From: Octopus sinensis
Lineage: Eukaryota
Reading direction: 5' to 3'
Assembly: GCF_006345805.1 (NCBI RefSeq)
Contig: NW_021833742.1
Coordinates: forward strand, 1 to 64,000
DNA: 64,000 nt
Under the pieces are notes generated by a model. The model worked only from the letters and a program-made list of their open reading frames with translations. It did not search any database and was not told the origin of the DNA. Below, piece after piece: positions 11,901-25,249 of this stretch. Both the position numbers and the translations under genes were made by a program. The number at the start of each line of letters is the position of its first letter. Positions within the stretch are counted from its first letter, which is position 1.

Positions 11901-12769
11901 TTTTTCATAAGAAGACTCTGACCAGTATCTTAGGCCCAAAACCGAGGTTATTATGTTCATACAGATTGAAAAACATGTCAATAAGCATACATTGTGGTTG
12001 TATAAGTACTACATCGGGCTGATTGAAATCAAACATGCAAATTTGAAAATATTTCTGTGGTCCATAAAAGTAAGCAATTGTCCTCCAATTTCTCAAGGAC
12101 ATTGAGATGAAAGATGCAGTTATTTGATAAGAAATGGAATTATGGAGGCCATGTAATCAAAGAAAACAAATATGACTCCTATCAAGGAATTCCTATGTGG
12201 AAGGTACCAAACGGGGAATCCTGAAAAGCCTCAAATTGAAGGTTTGAAAGATGTGCAAGGAAAGTATTAAATTGGACAGAACCAATTAAATAAATACAAG
12301 TAACAAAGAAATAATAGTGTTTTAGAAATTTCAAAATATGTAAAAGAAACAGATTAAAGGAATAAACTCGAAAATATTCAAAAATGATGGAATTTCAGAT
12401 AAAATAATCATTAAAAGAAACAACATCACGAAATATCCCTTCTGAATTCAATTACAATAAAAATCAAGTACAGTTAAATAATGAATACAGCACAACAAAG
12501 TAAATCAATCTCATGCAAACACGTGTCTTTATTTATTAGGTTTGCCATCAAAAATTATAATATTTTAAATAATAGATAATGAGAAATAAGATAGGAAAAT
12601 ATAAAATAAACAGTTGACCACTTTGCCACTAGATTTAGGAAAATGCTCAACAAGTTTTACCTTAAAAGACAGATTTCGTTGTGAAATGTTTATATTCCAA
12701 TTTATAAAGAAAATTTGGAATCAGAAAAACCAAAAGGCTTAAAATCTATTCAGTTCAGTTCGTTGCCGC

Positions 12770-13100
12770 TAATGAGTTCTCCGAAATAAAAGTAGATAGA
12801 GCAAACCGACACTGTTATGAAAAACAACAAACCCGATATGTTCGTACATGATAAAACCACAAACACGATGACTCTTGTCGAGTTTGGAATGACGTCCCAG
12901 AATAGCTTGAAACAGATCAAAGTGAAGAAGATTTTAAATAAATTTTTTAGCAAGCGAAGTAGGGATTATTCACAAAATAAAAGTTAAGATAATTGAGGTT
13001 TCTACGTATTACAGAACCACCTTTAATTTCTTAGAATACAAATAGAAACAAAGGCATATATCCAGTTGCTCGTGATTCGGAAAACTATTATACAAGTGTA
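12770..13100 (+). pseudogene. Decayed R4-like RLE fragment
   Basis: TDTVMKNNKPDMFVHDK..LVEFGMTSQNSLKQ, homologous to the RLE domain of elements A and B. Confidence 0.75.
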
Positions 13101-13158
13101 TAAAACCATTCTACAAACAAGTCTGATAAAATACAAATCGCTTTTGCAGATTGATAAC

Positions 13159-14934
13159 TAGGGCAATTTTTTTTTAACCTAAAAACTTCGATTTTTTAAC
13201 CTAAAAATTTTAACTTTTTAACCTAAAAATAACCAAATTTTAACCTATAAAACAAATTTTAACCTAACAAATTTTAACTTAAGAATCATTTATTATACAA
13301 ACATATAACATAATTCTCTATATTTTCAATATTAAAATTTCTGTTATCCCTCATAAAGTTTTTAATTTGAGAGAAGCATCGTTCTATGGAAGAGGATGAA
13401 GGCTGACACTTTAAAAGCATACAATATTCTTCAGGAGAAATTGATGAATTTGTCATTCTTATAATTTGACATAAATCATTTTTTTGTAATCGTTCATTCA
13501 ATATTTTTTCAATTATATCTGATTCGTCGTCAAATTTTTAAATTCTTTAGCTCATTGTAAGCTAACTCTATTGAGGAGTGAGACTTTCAAATTTGCACAA
13601 TAATTCTGCTATTATTAAACTAGTTTTACCTGGAATTGTCGAATAATTTCTAACAATAGAACTTAAGCTTTTTACTAGAGATTCATCTCTTAGGCTATTT
13701 TTTGCAGCCTGAACAATGATTCCATCATCAGGAATTGTTTTGAAAATGTTTATCACATGTATTAAATTTTTTGCATAATAAAATGCAGCAGTTAGCCAAG
13801 TACCCCATCTAGTTAAAACTACATGAGGTGGAATTCCAATTTCATTAAATAGTCGTTTTCTCTTGTTATTTTTTGTTATTGCCGCTTGAATTGATGCAAT
13901 AAGAGAATCAATTTCAGGATAAATAGTCCTGATTTTCATTGAACAATTATGCATCAGATGAGCACACAAGTTACGTGAAATAACCTTGGATATAAAAGCT
14001 TAAGAACTTTTCCAGCTATAATTATATGTTAAATTAAAACCTGCTAGCATATATTTAGCGGAATCTGTTATTAGGAGAAGGAAATTTTGTCTTTCAATTA
14101 AAACGCATTTAATCGTATCGTCAACAATTTGAATAATTGTTTCTTTGGTAGAAGTTTTATCAATTTTTACGAAAGAAATCAAATAAGTTTTATCGGGATT
14201 TTTAAGTATCCCCATTAAAACTGCAACAAATTTTTGACTACGAATAGTGACCTCGTCACTTATGGCGAATACAAGTTGATTTCTAAAAAATTATATATTC
14301 ATAAACCTAAACTTTTCTTGAAATAATACAATATATTCAGTTTTCAATTGTTTAACGCACATTCTTGCTTTGTATTGGGAAGGAAGAGGCAAAGAAGTAT
14401 TCTTGAATAAATTCTTTAGAGGAGGCATAGTCAATTTATGCAAGGGTATATCGCATTGAATAAATGCTTTAGTGACTTGCATTGACCAGTCATCATTGGG
14501 TAACTCGTCCAAACAAGGCTGATAGAAATTATTCTCTAAAAATTATATTAATTTGTAAAAACTTAATAAATTTGAGTGCTTCTTCGATTCTCGGTGAGAA
14601 TTCACAAAATGCTTTTTCTCACACCTGACTGTGCATAAGCAAAGTTGACATTGCAACTCGCCATTCTCTCGTAATAAAAACTCCAGCGGATATTCAATAA
14701 CAATTTTTTTTGCCTTAAAATACATTGTTTTTGCAGTTCTTGGCATACTAAACACCCACGCGCTATTTTAAATAAAGTTAAAATTTTTAACTTTATAAAA
14801 AATTTTTTTAACTTTTTAACTTTATTTTTTTCTTTAATAAGTAACTATTTCATTTAAAAAAATACTTTATTTTTACTTTTAAGCCAAAATACACATTTTC
14901 ATATATTTTAACTTTTTTAACTTAAATTGCCCTA
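13159..14934 (-). mobile_element. hAT transposon (TAGGGCAATT termini; CGGBP/BED-like zinc finger; transposase with 4 mini-introns and frameshifts)
   Basis: TIR TAGGGCAATTT / AAATTGCCCTA; 8-bp TSD TTGATAAC on both sides; CQLC..H..H, SDE, ITDSAKYM, C.AHLMHN, TRWGTW, SIERCFS; introns 14536-14562, 14283-14306, 14016-14040, 13609-13629. Confidence 0.9.
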
Positions 14935-15032
14935 TTGATAACAGAAGACAAGAATCCATTTTGGTCTCTCTAAAAGAAAAAAGATATTATAAAAATTAAA
15001 TATTATATTATTAGAATTCCAAATTTTATTTG

Positions 15033-15280
15033 TTAATAATAATATTTTAGAGCAGGATATACAACCTTATCAGATAAGGCAAACTTTTGATAGCAGAAAA
15101 ACGTTTTTCCGAAAGCTGAAGGGACTGAGTAAACGATCGAAGGACTAATTTAAATTTGTCTTTTCATAGGTGTTGGGAAAATCTCCCAGAATGCCCAGAA
15201 ATAGATAGTCTTCTCTTCTTCAGTACCTCAAACGTTGGTTAACACGGATCTCTTTGAACGTACAGAAGAATTGTCTAAAG
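15033..15280 (+). pseudogene. Decayed 5' end of an R4-like B-family element (continues at 21374-21430 after the hAT insertion)
   Basis: TAATAATAAT..TAGAGCAGGAT..ACAACC and ATGCCCAGAAAT align with the 5' end of element B; CTGGCTTGTGGTGAG..GTCAAAATGCCC after 21373 continues the alignment. Confidence 0.7.
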
Positions 15281-15446
15281 CAGTGGTTCTCAACGGTGGG
15301 CGATTCGCCCCCTAGGGGCGATTTTTTTGGTAGGGGGGCGATTTTTTCTGACAGGGGGGCGATGGCTGATTGCTAATATTTGAAAAATTAAAATCTTATG
15401 TTAGAAGTCGATAATCTGTGAAAAAATAAAGATATATAATCGAGTC

Positions 15447-18400
15447 TTTATTAAGAAAGAAACTAATTAACTAAGTAATTTTACTAACTAAGTCCAGAGC
15501 CTTCGAAGTGAGCAGAAGGCGGCACTCCACGCACCTCCTCCCCTTCTTCCTCCTCTTCTCTGGCACTGTAGACCTTGAGAAGGTGCAGTCCAGCGCCTCT
15601 TGCTGACTAAACGTCAGGAAAGGGCTGGATCGGCGAGCATCAAACGAGACACTCTCCAGAGTCCTCTTAAGAACAGTTGACTGTATATAAGCCTGTAGAG
15701 ACTTATCTACATCCAACTGTCTTAAGTACCGCTTGTGGTATTTGGTGACCAGTCCATCCCATGTCATCACCACGGGATGACATGGACTTTGCACTGGTGC
15801 ATCAGTCCTAGCTCGTTTGCAAGGAGGTCATACTTCCTCCTTTTCTCCACTTCCACTATCTGCAAACGGTCTAGGCACGTGATGCCCACCTCCACGATAA
15901 CAATCTCCCCGGTGACCTTATCGTGGACCACAATGTCGGGTCTGTTGTGCTGGACAACAATCGAGGTGCGTATGGGGGTATCCACCTTAATGCACACCCG
16001 CGAGTTCTCACACACCGATTGAACTCGATGGGTTCGCAACTTTCTGGACCGCCTCAAGCCGTACTTATTGCAGAGCAAAAGATGGAGGGACCTCACCACC
16101 TCGTTATGCCTCCATGTGTAATCATGGTAAAGCATACTCCCGCACTTCGTGGCTAAATGGTCAACGGTCATTGCCTTACTCTTACAGTGGTTACACTGTT
16201 TCCGTTGACCATTAAAAAAGTTTCTATCCTGCAAATATGAGAACAACCCTTCTGATCGGGGAGAGTTATTCCCATATTTCAGCCACGTAGATGACGACGA
16301 TACGTCAATGTGCGGGTTGTCCAGGCTGCTAAAGAGAGTCTTGTGAAGGACTTTTAAGTTGATCTTTTTAATTAAAGACTCCTTTTGAAGTTTGATCAAC
16401 TCCTTCACATTAACTTGGGTAGCACCTAGACCATACTTAGCCGACACATAGCCTTTTATGGTCCCTAGGTGTGTACCACGCGCTTTTTCAGCAGCAAGGA
16501 TGGCAGCCTTCCTTTGGGATACACTCGACCCACTCCACAAGGTGTCGTGCATCTTAGTAAGAATTCGCTCACTTAAGTGTACGATGTTACTCAGTCCACG
16601 TCCTAGCTGCCCGCGAGACAAGTACAATCTCTCCTTATTGCTTGCCAACACGTGGACATGATTCTCTCGGAGTACTCTTCGGACAATAAGGTCCATTTCA
16701 TCGTACTCACTCGGCTCGAATTCGATCAGGCCAACGTAGTAGTTTAGCAATGAGATGGCATACTCGTTCAAGGCATGAAATAAGTTCCGTGCATTAAGCC
16801 GAGTCTTACATAACATTGCCGCCTACTACGCACACCCTCCACTACACACTTTCTCGTTTCGGGTGTGATTAATGAGGCTGGACTCTCAACCACACCAAGA
16901 TACTTATATCCTTGGTGTTCCTCCAAGACTTTGACTAGGTCACCACACACAGGGGTGTTAGTCGCCGACTTGTTGTAGTTGAGCTCCAACCCCACGGCCT
17001 TCATGAAACCTTTCAGGACTTTACCCATTGAGTGAAGGATCTCTGAAGACCGAGCGAACAGCTTAATGTCGTCTATGAACATGAGATGGTTGGTGCTAAA
17101 ACACCCTCCTTCATGTTCGATCGACATTTGTTCGAATTGGGCAGTGAGGACTCTACTCAGCGGTTCTAGGCAGAGGACGAACAGCAGCGGAGACATGCTG
17201 TCGCCCTGTAATATGCCCCTCTCTAGTTTCACCTCGCCTATATCGCATTTGTTGTAATTTAGATGGACGTTCCACCTGTCCATCACAGTTGCAACAAATT
17301 TGATAAACCACATTGGCAACTTAAGCCTTCGCAGACACTCAACGAGGTAGGCATGATCAACCGAGTCATATGCCTTCTTCACATCCACCCACATTGACAC
17401 TAGTGAGTTTCCGTGGGCTCTCGCGAGGCATTTGTTGATCAGTGCCTGCTCCTTAGCTCCCTGGCAATCCCGCCGAGTACCTAACTGGTTCTCGGACAGA
17501 ATCCCATTCACCTCCACGAAATTTCTGACCTCAGTAGCCACCACCTTAGTCATCAACTTGTACAGGTTGGGCATACAGGTTATCGGACGATAATCTGTCG
17601 GAGCGGAAGGGTTATCTACTTTAGGGATCAAATAAGTGACCCCAGTACATAACCACTCTGGAATCGAGCCAGGGTCTAGTGTAAACTGTTCGATTGCTCG
17701 ACACATGCAATCATGGATAGGTTTGCAATTTTTAATAAAGAAATTATACACTTTATCGACCCCAGGTGTCTTCCAGTCAGAGAGACGGGTTACTGCTTCA
17801 TCGAACTTCTTGCGGATGTCAGGGACACCACAAGACTCGGTCATCAAGGGAGCATCGGGTCCACAAAACGGAAACGACACACCCTTGCGAGGACGTGCTT
17901 TCCACATACTCCCCCATGTGTCAAGCATTTCGGCCTTTTGCTGGGTACCCTCCTTCGTCTCTCCGTGCAACCGACGATAGAACGACCTGCGATTAAATTC
18001 AAACAGGTTGTTCTCCCGCCTGCGCTGACACCGAGACTCATGAGTTGAGAGCTTCTTCTGATAAACGAGAATCAGCTCCTCCCTCTCTGCCCGGACACGC
18101 CTCAACTCGTTGAGGTCCCATTTGGCAGCTCGTTCCCGACGAAGTAAAGTACGCACCAAGGGGGGAGTCTTGCCCTTGACCCCATTGCTCACATTCAAAA
18201 TGTGCCCAGTCAGCGCTTCCAGCTCGGCTTTCCTTGCGGCTACTTTTGCGGCAATGTTTTCTCTCCATCTACTCTTTGGGGCAGGCCTCTGAGTGATTTC
18301 ATCATAGGTTGTCTGTGCCGAGTACAAATAAAGAGAAATCTCGTCCATTGTCTCCGGAGGCTCACGCACGATCGCGTAAGCTATGGCACGATTGATGCAA

Positions 18401-18875
18401 CCCATCACGTCACTTCTGAGTTGCCACCGAGGTATCTTTCGGGTCACTCTGCGGTCCGCAAGGGGGACAACACGATTCGCAGAGATATGCCTACTAAATA
18501 TCTCCTTAACCTGCAAGAGTAGCGATAACTCACTACTCTGGTGCTCGTGTTGTTCAGAACACGGGGGGCATCCTGACGGCGTAACCGCAGCGGCAGTCCT
18601 CCCCCGCGAGCCAGGAGGAGGGGTCTTGGCCAGCTTCTTCAGTGCATCTAACGATAGGTTCGAGCTAAAGCGTCGATTGAAACACTGAAGCAGGGTAGGC
18701 CACCCATTTCTGGGCATCCTGGAAGCTCTTGCCAACACGGGAAAGGGCGGATTTGCGGATTTAACCCAGTCCTCCCGGGTCGTGCACTCGATCCTTCAGC
18801 AATGGCAAAGACGATGTTCTTGGCCATCGGAGCGTCTGTCTCTCCGATGCGGTTGTCCATCCTGCTCTAGGTATA
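15447..18875 (-). mobile_element. Full-length R4/Dong-like non-LTR retrotransposon B
   Basis: ORFs 18860-18648, 18738-16768, 16816-15767 and 15794-15471 join into one RT-CCHC-RLE protein with three single-base corrections; 3' end TTAATAAA defined by the copy at 45204-45312; (TAA)n run at the 5' junction. Confidence 0.92.
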
Positions 18876-19242
18876 TTATTATTAATAATATGTTAGTTTC
18901 TTGTTGTCCAGGTAGAGCACACATCGAGATAGTAGCACGTTGCATACAGACTTTTGAATTTATATCGAGTCTAATAATATATTATAATATGATATTTTTA
19001 TTATATTTTATTTAAATTTCTAAGCGTGATTTCTAGTTTCTTTATGGGTCGTGCTCAAAAAAAAGTCAGAATGTATAAAGATGAAATATTTTTCTTGGAT
19101 TTATTAAGATCCTCAAGATCCTAATAAACCACTTTGTCTTCAATGTGGTACAATTTTTTCGAATGAGGCAATGACACCGTCTCGTTTGATTGAACATTTA
19201 AAGCGAAAACATCATAATTCAATTGGAAAAAAGCCAGACTTT

Positions 19243-20277
19243 GGCGATATCGTGTTTTAGCGTCTTAAAATCATAAGGGACCAATTTGATTAGAATCGCA
19301 AATAAATTATATTATATTATTTTTTAAAAATTATTATAATTATCAAAATAATTATTATCTGCAACGCTTTACAGTATTTTTGAATGATGTATTGTGGAAG
19401 GCCGTCTGCATCGACTATTATTGTTAATAAACTCAACCAACATATGATTTGTTACTATTTGAATTGAATCACCGAGATTTTGTGGAAATAACAATGACCA
19501 CGCAAGATACGGTCAATTGGTTGGCTCAATATCAGCTAATCAAAAATTCGATGAAATGCGAAAACTGCAGCACGGATTGCCGTCTTCTTTCAGACAAATC
19601 CCGACTCGACAAATTAAAGTGGAAATGTAAAACATGCAATTTCTCAAAATCGATTCGAGATGGCAGCTTTTTCTCACATAGTCATCTTGAATTGAAGCAA
19701 ATTTTGGACTATATCTATTTTTGGGCACTCAACTCAGAAACGATTATCTGCAGCAAAGAATCTCGATCAGACTTTAAAAAAACATCAATTGATTGGGGAA
19801 ACTTTTTACGTGATGTATGCGTAAAGTGGGTCGAGGACCATCCTTGTTCTCTCAGTGGAATTAATTCAGAAACTATGTTGCCAATTGTCGTAGAAGTGGA
19901 TGAAACAAAATATTTTCATCGAAAATACGCAAGAGGTACCTGGCACGAAGGGCATTGGGTTGTTGGTGGAAAAGAGAGGGGCAACCCTAGGAATATTTTT
20001 CTGGTCGAAGTTCCTGATCGGAGTCGAGACACGTTAATAACTATTAATTCTCAGTATCTTTTGTCTTAATAATTCGAATTTTTCACTGTTTTTGTTTTAC
20101 TAAGTTGCTGTAAAAATGTAGTTTTAAAAAAATTTTAATTTAGGGTTGCCACAGTATTGTACATATAAATTTAATTATAATAATTTTTAAAAAATAATAT
20201 AATAATATTAATTTATTTGCGATTTCTAATCAAAATTGGTCCCTTATGATTTTAAGACGCTAAAACACGATATCGCC
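19243..20277 (+). mobile_element. Merlin (IS1016/ISXO2-like) DNA transposon, internally deleted
   Basis: Long TIRs starting GGCGATATCGTGTTTTAGCGTCTTAAAATCATAAGGGACCAA; 8-bp TSD CAGACTTT (19235-19242, 20278-20285); ORF 19449-20069 with C4 zinc ribbon, SIRDGSFF, VEVDET..RKY.RG, WVVGG, VPDRSRDTL; C-terminal catalytic part missing. Confidence 0.92.
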
Positions 20278-21599
20278 CAGACTTTTTTCTAGAATTAAAA
20301 AAGAATTTTGAAAATAAAAACACCTTACCGTCAATCTTAATAAAAATATATCTCAAAATGTCTCTGGATTATCTTATTCATATAAAGTTGCAGAGATAAT
20401 CGCAAAAACTGGTTGCATTATTATTTTAATTTATAGGTAATCCCATTCGATTGCAGAAAATGTCATCCGTCCTTGTTTAAATTTATTTATAAACGATATC
20501 TTACAAAAAGATTCTTCAAATATTATGAAGACTATTCCATTAAGCAAGACACTATACGAAGAAGAATTGATGAAATTTCTAATGAAATTGAACAATCTTT
20601 AATTTTATTTCTCAGAGAACGCAAGTTTTCAGTCCAACTTGACGAATCAGTTGTCGTTGAATCAGTCAATTCACTTTTGATGGCATATGTAAGGTATTAC
20701 TTTTTATAAATACTTTTATAAAGATATTTCGATGATGATTCTATTTTGCAAGAAGAGTCATTATTTGCAAAATCTTTAGTCACGGATACTACAGGATTGT
20801 AATATTCAAAATGTTTGAATCTTATTTATTCTTAGATGATATTCCATTTGAACATATTTTATCGTGCGCAACTGATGGCGCAATGCCTATGGTTGGAAAA
20901 TATCGTAGTTTTTTTTAGCTTTTCTAAAACAAAAATCTCCAATGTCCACTTCAATTCATTGTATTTTACATCGGCATCATTTAATTGCAAAAAAATTATT
21001 TGAAGAATTGAATGCATCAATGCAAATTGTTATCAAAGCTATCAATAAGATTAAAAGAAACAGCAAGTACGATCGTATTTTTCGTGAATACTGCACTAAT
21101 CAAAATGAAGATTATGTTAGGTTACTTTTACATACCGAAGTAAGATGGTTATCCAAGGGAAATTGTCTTGAAAGATTTGTGATATTATTTGATGCAATTG
21201 TTGATTTTGTAAGATTACAAGAAGAATTTAAATGTTTAATTCCTGCAAAATTCATAGAAAAAATATTTTTTATTTTTACTAATAAAATAAGGGGGCGATA
21301 TAAAAATTGGAGGGGCGAAAAAAATTTCAAGGGGGCGATACAAAAATAAAGGTTGAGAACCACTGGTCTAAAGTCATTTATTCTGGCTTGTGGTGAGAAA
21401 TAGCGTTGTATTAGCTTGTCAAAATGCCCTATATTAAAATTAGTTCTCTACATTGGTTTTAAATCGTATTGTTTTATCAAAGAAAAAATTGAAACATGTA
21501 AAAATAATGTATAAATCATCCATGCCCAAATATTTCAAGCAACGTATGTGCACGCGTTTCATTGAACAGTTTTCGCATTACTCCATTGGCCCGACTCTG

Positions 21600-22350
21600 A
21601 TCCAACTCTGTAAACCACCAGAAGAGGTCTTTTTTGGCTACAACCGCCACTCTTTAGTTTCCGAATCGGGCTACCGCTCCAGAAACATCAAACTCCTCAG
21701 GGGGAGCCGCAAGGGTCCTGCCTCAGTCCACTTCTCTTCAATTTGGTAATGAGCAGTTTCCCTTTGCCCCCTCTCGACCACCGGACAACTCTGCTTTTAT
21801 ATTCAGATGACGTCCTCTTCCTTGAGACCTCAAAGGACGCAAAGACCTCAGAAAGAAGGCTTTCCATCTACATTGAGGTAATAAAGGAGTGGTGCGCCAG
21901 CAAGCGGCTCTCGCTAGCAATGGACAAATCCGCTTATTTGCAAATCAACACGAAAAAGTCACCTGGGCCCCTAGCTGAAATTCACTACCCCAGCTGCATA
22001 CGCTACCTGGTGCTTAAGATTGACGCTAACTCGGGTTATTGTCTGCATGTCGAGAAAAAGAGAGCGAAAGTCATCGCAGCTCTCCGCCTCTTAAGAAGCA
22101 TGCATCTGGACCCAAGGACTTTCCTCTTCGTGTTCCACCCAACCATCCTACACAGCTTGCTGTATGGGATGGAAGCATGGTACTACTCGAAAGATCTCAA
22201 GAAAATTAACAGGAAATGCTAAAAAATCGGGCGCTACGCTCTGAAGCTAGCTTACAGGCTTGACCCGCGAGGCCCGGTCCCAAGCTGGGCGGAGACCAGG
22301 TTTGCGGAGATACGACAGGTCATCGAGAAATCTATCCGGTCTTTCTGTAG
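21600..22350 (+). pseudogene. Decayed LINE RT fragment (Jockey/I-like)
   Basis: LLLYSDD, IRYL, LLYGMEAW; related to the 23577-24425 ORF. Confidence 0.75.
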
Positions 22351-22683
22351 ACGATTTTAAGTAATCAACCTATTTATTGATCTGGAGAAGTGACCGTCCA
22401 GCTTGCTCCAGAAAACAAATAGACGTTTCTTCAGAAGAGTTGGACTACCTCGAGAAATCGTCTTGTTGTATCGCCGTCGAAAAAATTTCTCTCCAAGTCT
22501 CTTGTTTATTACAATAAAAATTTATGCTCTGTTCTGATTCCTTTTTTCCTTAAAATGCTTTTGTATTCCGTTTGCCATGCTTTCAATTAATTTTATTATA
22601 AAAGTATTTGCTTGGTTTTAAAATCAGCGCATAGTTGTATTAATTCTTGAATTTTTGACGAAATTTGCATGATTCATTTAGGC

Positions 22684-23117
22684 CAGGGGTCACCAAACAT
22701 TTTTCACTGATTTAAACAAAAATAAAGTAAACAAAAATTTTAATGGGAGCTATGGAACTGTGATCTTTTTTTGATAACTTCATCAATATTTGGTTTTAAA
22801 TTGCTGCATCCTATCATGAGAGTAGATTTTAAGTGTCCGTCAGTCAATCTTGCACGATGGGCAGACTTAACTCGAAAACGTTTGCTCACATTGGTAAGTT
22901 GTGCCAAATATAGAAATCATCTTCATCGCAAAAATTTTTTAGTCTCGGAAACTCATCATCCTTGGGATATTCGTAGAACTCAGCGAATTTGGTCCGTCTG
23001 TGACAATCTTTGAGCTGTCCTTTGATTGTAAGTCAATAACTAGTCAATAACTTCTATCTCGAAATATTGCATGGACCAAATAAAATGTTTTCGCGTGACG
23101 TAGTTTGGTGACCCCTG
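22684..23117 (-). mobile_element. Non-autonomous hAT (Buster/SPIN-type) deletion derivative
   Basis: TIR CAGGGGTCACCAAAC / GTTTGGTGACCCCTG; TSD ATTTAGGC/ATTTAGGG; minus-strand remnant CEQTFS..RARLTDGHL..QFHSSH*. Confidence 0.88.
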
Positions 23118-23479
23118 ATTTAGGGAAAACAAAAATCTTTAGTTTTTACACACCTTTTTTACCAGACCTATAGAGTGGTCGTGCAAATGCAAATATAAAA
23201 TTTTTTTTAAGAAACGAACCTACTATAAATTTTAGTGACCGTTAAAATACATTTGAAATTTTCGTTTTTTGTTGAAAATCTTTTCAGGTCTATTATGTTT
23301 ATTTGAAGATGTTCATTTGGACAAGAACCGAACGCATGGTGATTTATATTTCCAATCTACATTTAAGAGAAATGGTGAATTTTTAAAAACGCGAAAATTT
23401 GCAAACTTGGGAGTTTCGAAAGACTTTTTATAATCTTGTTCTTGACATTGAAATATAGAAGAATAGAATAGTGTTTATT

Positions 23480-24770
23480 GAGCGAAAAGAAAAAGAAAAA
23501 CAAGGAAGAAATCATCGGCGGGGAGATAAAAACAAGGCACCGAAGTGTCTCTTTCCATGCGTATCCCCAATACTAGTCATGTTTGACGACAATTCTCCAA
23601 GACCATCCGGATCGTGGGCACAGAGGATTCTTGTAAGTCTTTTAACCTTCCGTCGAGTTGTACTCCGTAAGCCAATTTCATAGCGAAACGTCTTGTCTTT
23701 TCCAACTGTTCGATCAGGTAGTCACTCTCCTCCGTACCGTACCAGCCCTCGTAGCCATATGTGAGGACTGGCTGCACACACGTTTTGTATACGTAGATGT
23801 ACGTTTCCGGATCCAGATGGAACCTGGTTAAGCTTTTGAGGATCCTCACACTCCTCTTTCTCTGATTTGCTATATGCTCTACGTACGAGCCACGACAGTT
23901 AATGGTTGCTCCCAGGTAAGAAAGATTTTTTCTTTTCGAGAGATCCATCACATAGCTACTCATCGCATATGCACACGACTCCGCATAGCGACTCCCTCTC
24001 CGCAACCATGAAATGGTGCTCTTCTCCGGTGCTAGGGTCAAACCCTTCTCTATAGTCCACATCTTTAGCGTTGCAATGTATGATTTCAGTCGTCTCCAAG
24101 ACTGCGATATCCTTTTCGAGGTATCCATGACCAGGATATCGTCAGCATAGATAACGAGCTTGCCAGTACGTGTCGACGGCAGAGGAATGTCCGCCAAGAA
24201 GAGGTTGAACAGAAGTGGACTCAAGATAGATCCCTGCGGGACTCTCCTTCTAAGTTCCACACACCCCGATAAGCGGTTTCCACAGCGGACAAATGATTGT
24301 CTTCCTGACAAGAAGCTCTCCAGCCATCGATAGGTCTTTATCCCGGCTCCGATGTCATGGATTCTGGAGAGTAGGCCCAGGTGCCACACGCTATCGAAGG
24401 CTTTGGCCAGATCCAGACACACCACAGTTAGCCATGCTTCATTTCTGTCAGCACGGGATAATTGGTGCTCTAACTCCCTGAGGCAGTCCCCTGTGGATCT
24501 TCCTCCACGAAATCCCCATTGTTCGGTAGAAGCAAATTTTGTGAATCTATATGACCAGAGAGTCTGTTAAAGACAATCTTTTCCATTGTCTTAGAGAAAG
24601 CACAAATGAGGCTAATTGGCCGGTAGTTCTGTGCCAGCAGTGTCGATTTACCAGATTTTGGAATCATTCGAACAATCGTATGCTTCCACGCCGATGGAAG
24701 GTGTCCGAACGTCCAGCTGGCGTGAAACAACATAGTCAATGCTCGTATCAAGATTTCAGGGGCCTTCACT
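23480..24770 (-). mobile_element. 5'-truncated LINE (Jockey/I-like RT)
   Basis: PSAWK..MIPKSGK..NYRPISL, LDLAKAFDSV, VPQGSILSP, IYADD; one frameshift; pyrimidine-rich 3' UTR ending in AATAAA. Confidence 0.85.
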
Positions 24771-25249
24771 GAAATATTTTTCCGACAATATTCAATCTAT
24801 TTACTATTCCAAGTGAAAACCCGTTTAATGATTTTACTACAAGCTTTATTTTTGTTTCATTATCGAGCAATATGACTAACTTTGGATCACTTGATTTATG
24901 ATTATGTCTGTAAATTTGCAATAACTGTCATTGATAACGATGAAAAAAATTATTATACCACTTCCTTATTAAAATGAACAGAACAAGTCATATTCCCACA
25001 AGTGGCACAGACCATACGACCTTCTTAACCATCGTTTTCCACCTTCCGCGGCTTGGGGCCTGCCTGCAGAGTTCGTCCTGGTCATCGCAGTTTTTAGGGT
25101 TTTCTCCCCGTAAATTAGATCATGTTGAAAAGTGGTAAGAAAAGTCATGCTACTATGTCAATATTAACATTAATAATATATTTAAAAAATAATTAATATA
25201 AAAAAATATTTAAATATTTTAATTGGTCAGCCTACATAGCAATAGTATT

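Larger units (their letters stand above)
15281..21365 (+). mobile_element. hAT Buster/Charlie-type transposon with internal deletion, hosting two nested elements
   Basis: TIR CAGTGGTTCTCAAC / GTTGAGAACCACTG; TSD GTCTAAAG on both sides; GGGGCGA subterminal repeats; transposase pieces PLCLQC..NEAMTPSRLIEH, VQLDES, ATDGA, HCILHRHHL, HTEVRWLSKG; introns 20412-20436 and 20694-20723. Confidence 0.92.

Noticed and set aside
16000-18700. Many plus-strand ORFs inside retrotransposon B (also within A and the CRE element)
   Set aside because: Antisense shadows of GC-richer coding sequence, with no motifs.
5058-20069. Bacterial IS630 / IS1595 contamination
   Set aside because: The Tc1-like gene has spliceosomal introns and a poly(A) signal, and the Merlin is nested in a eukaryotic hAT with a clean TSD.
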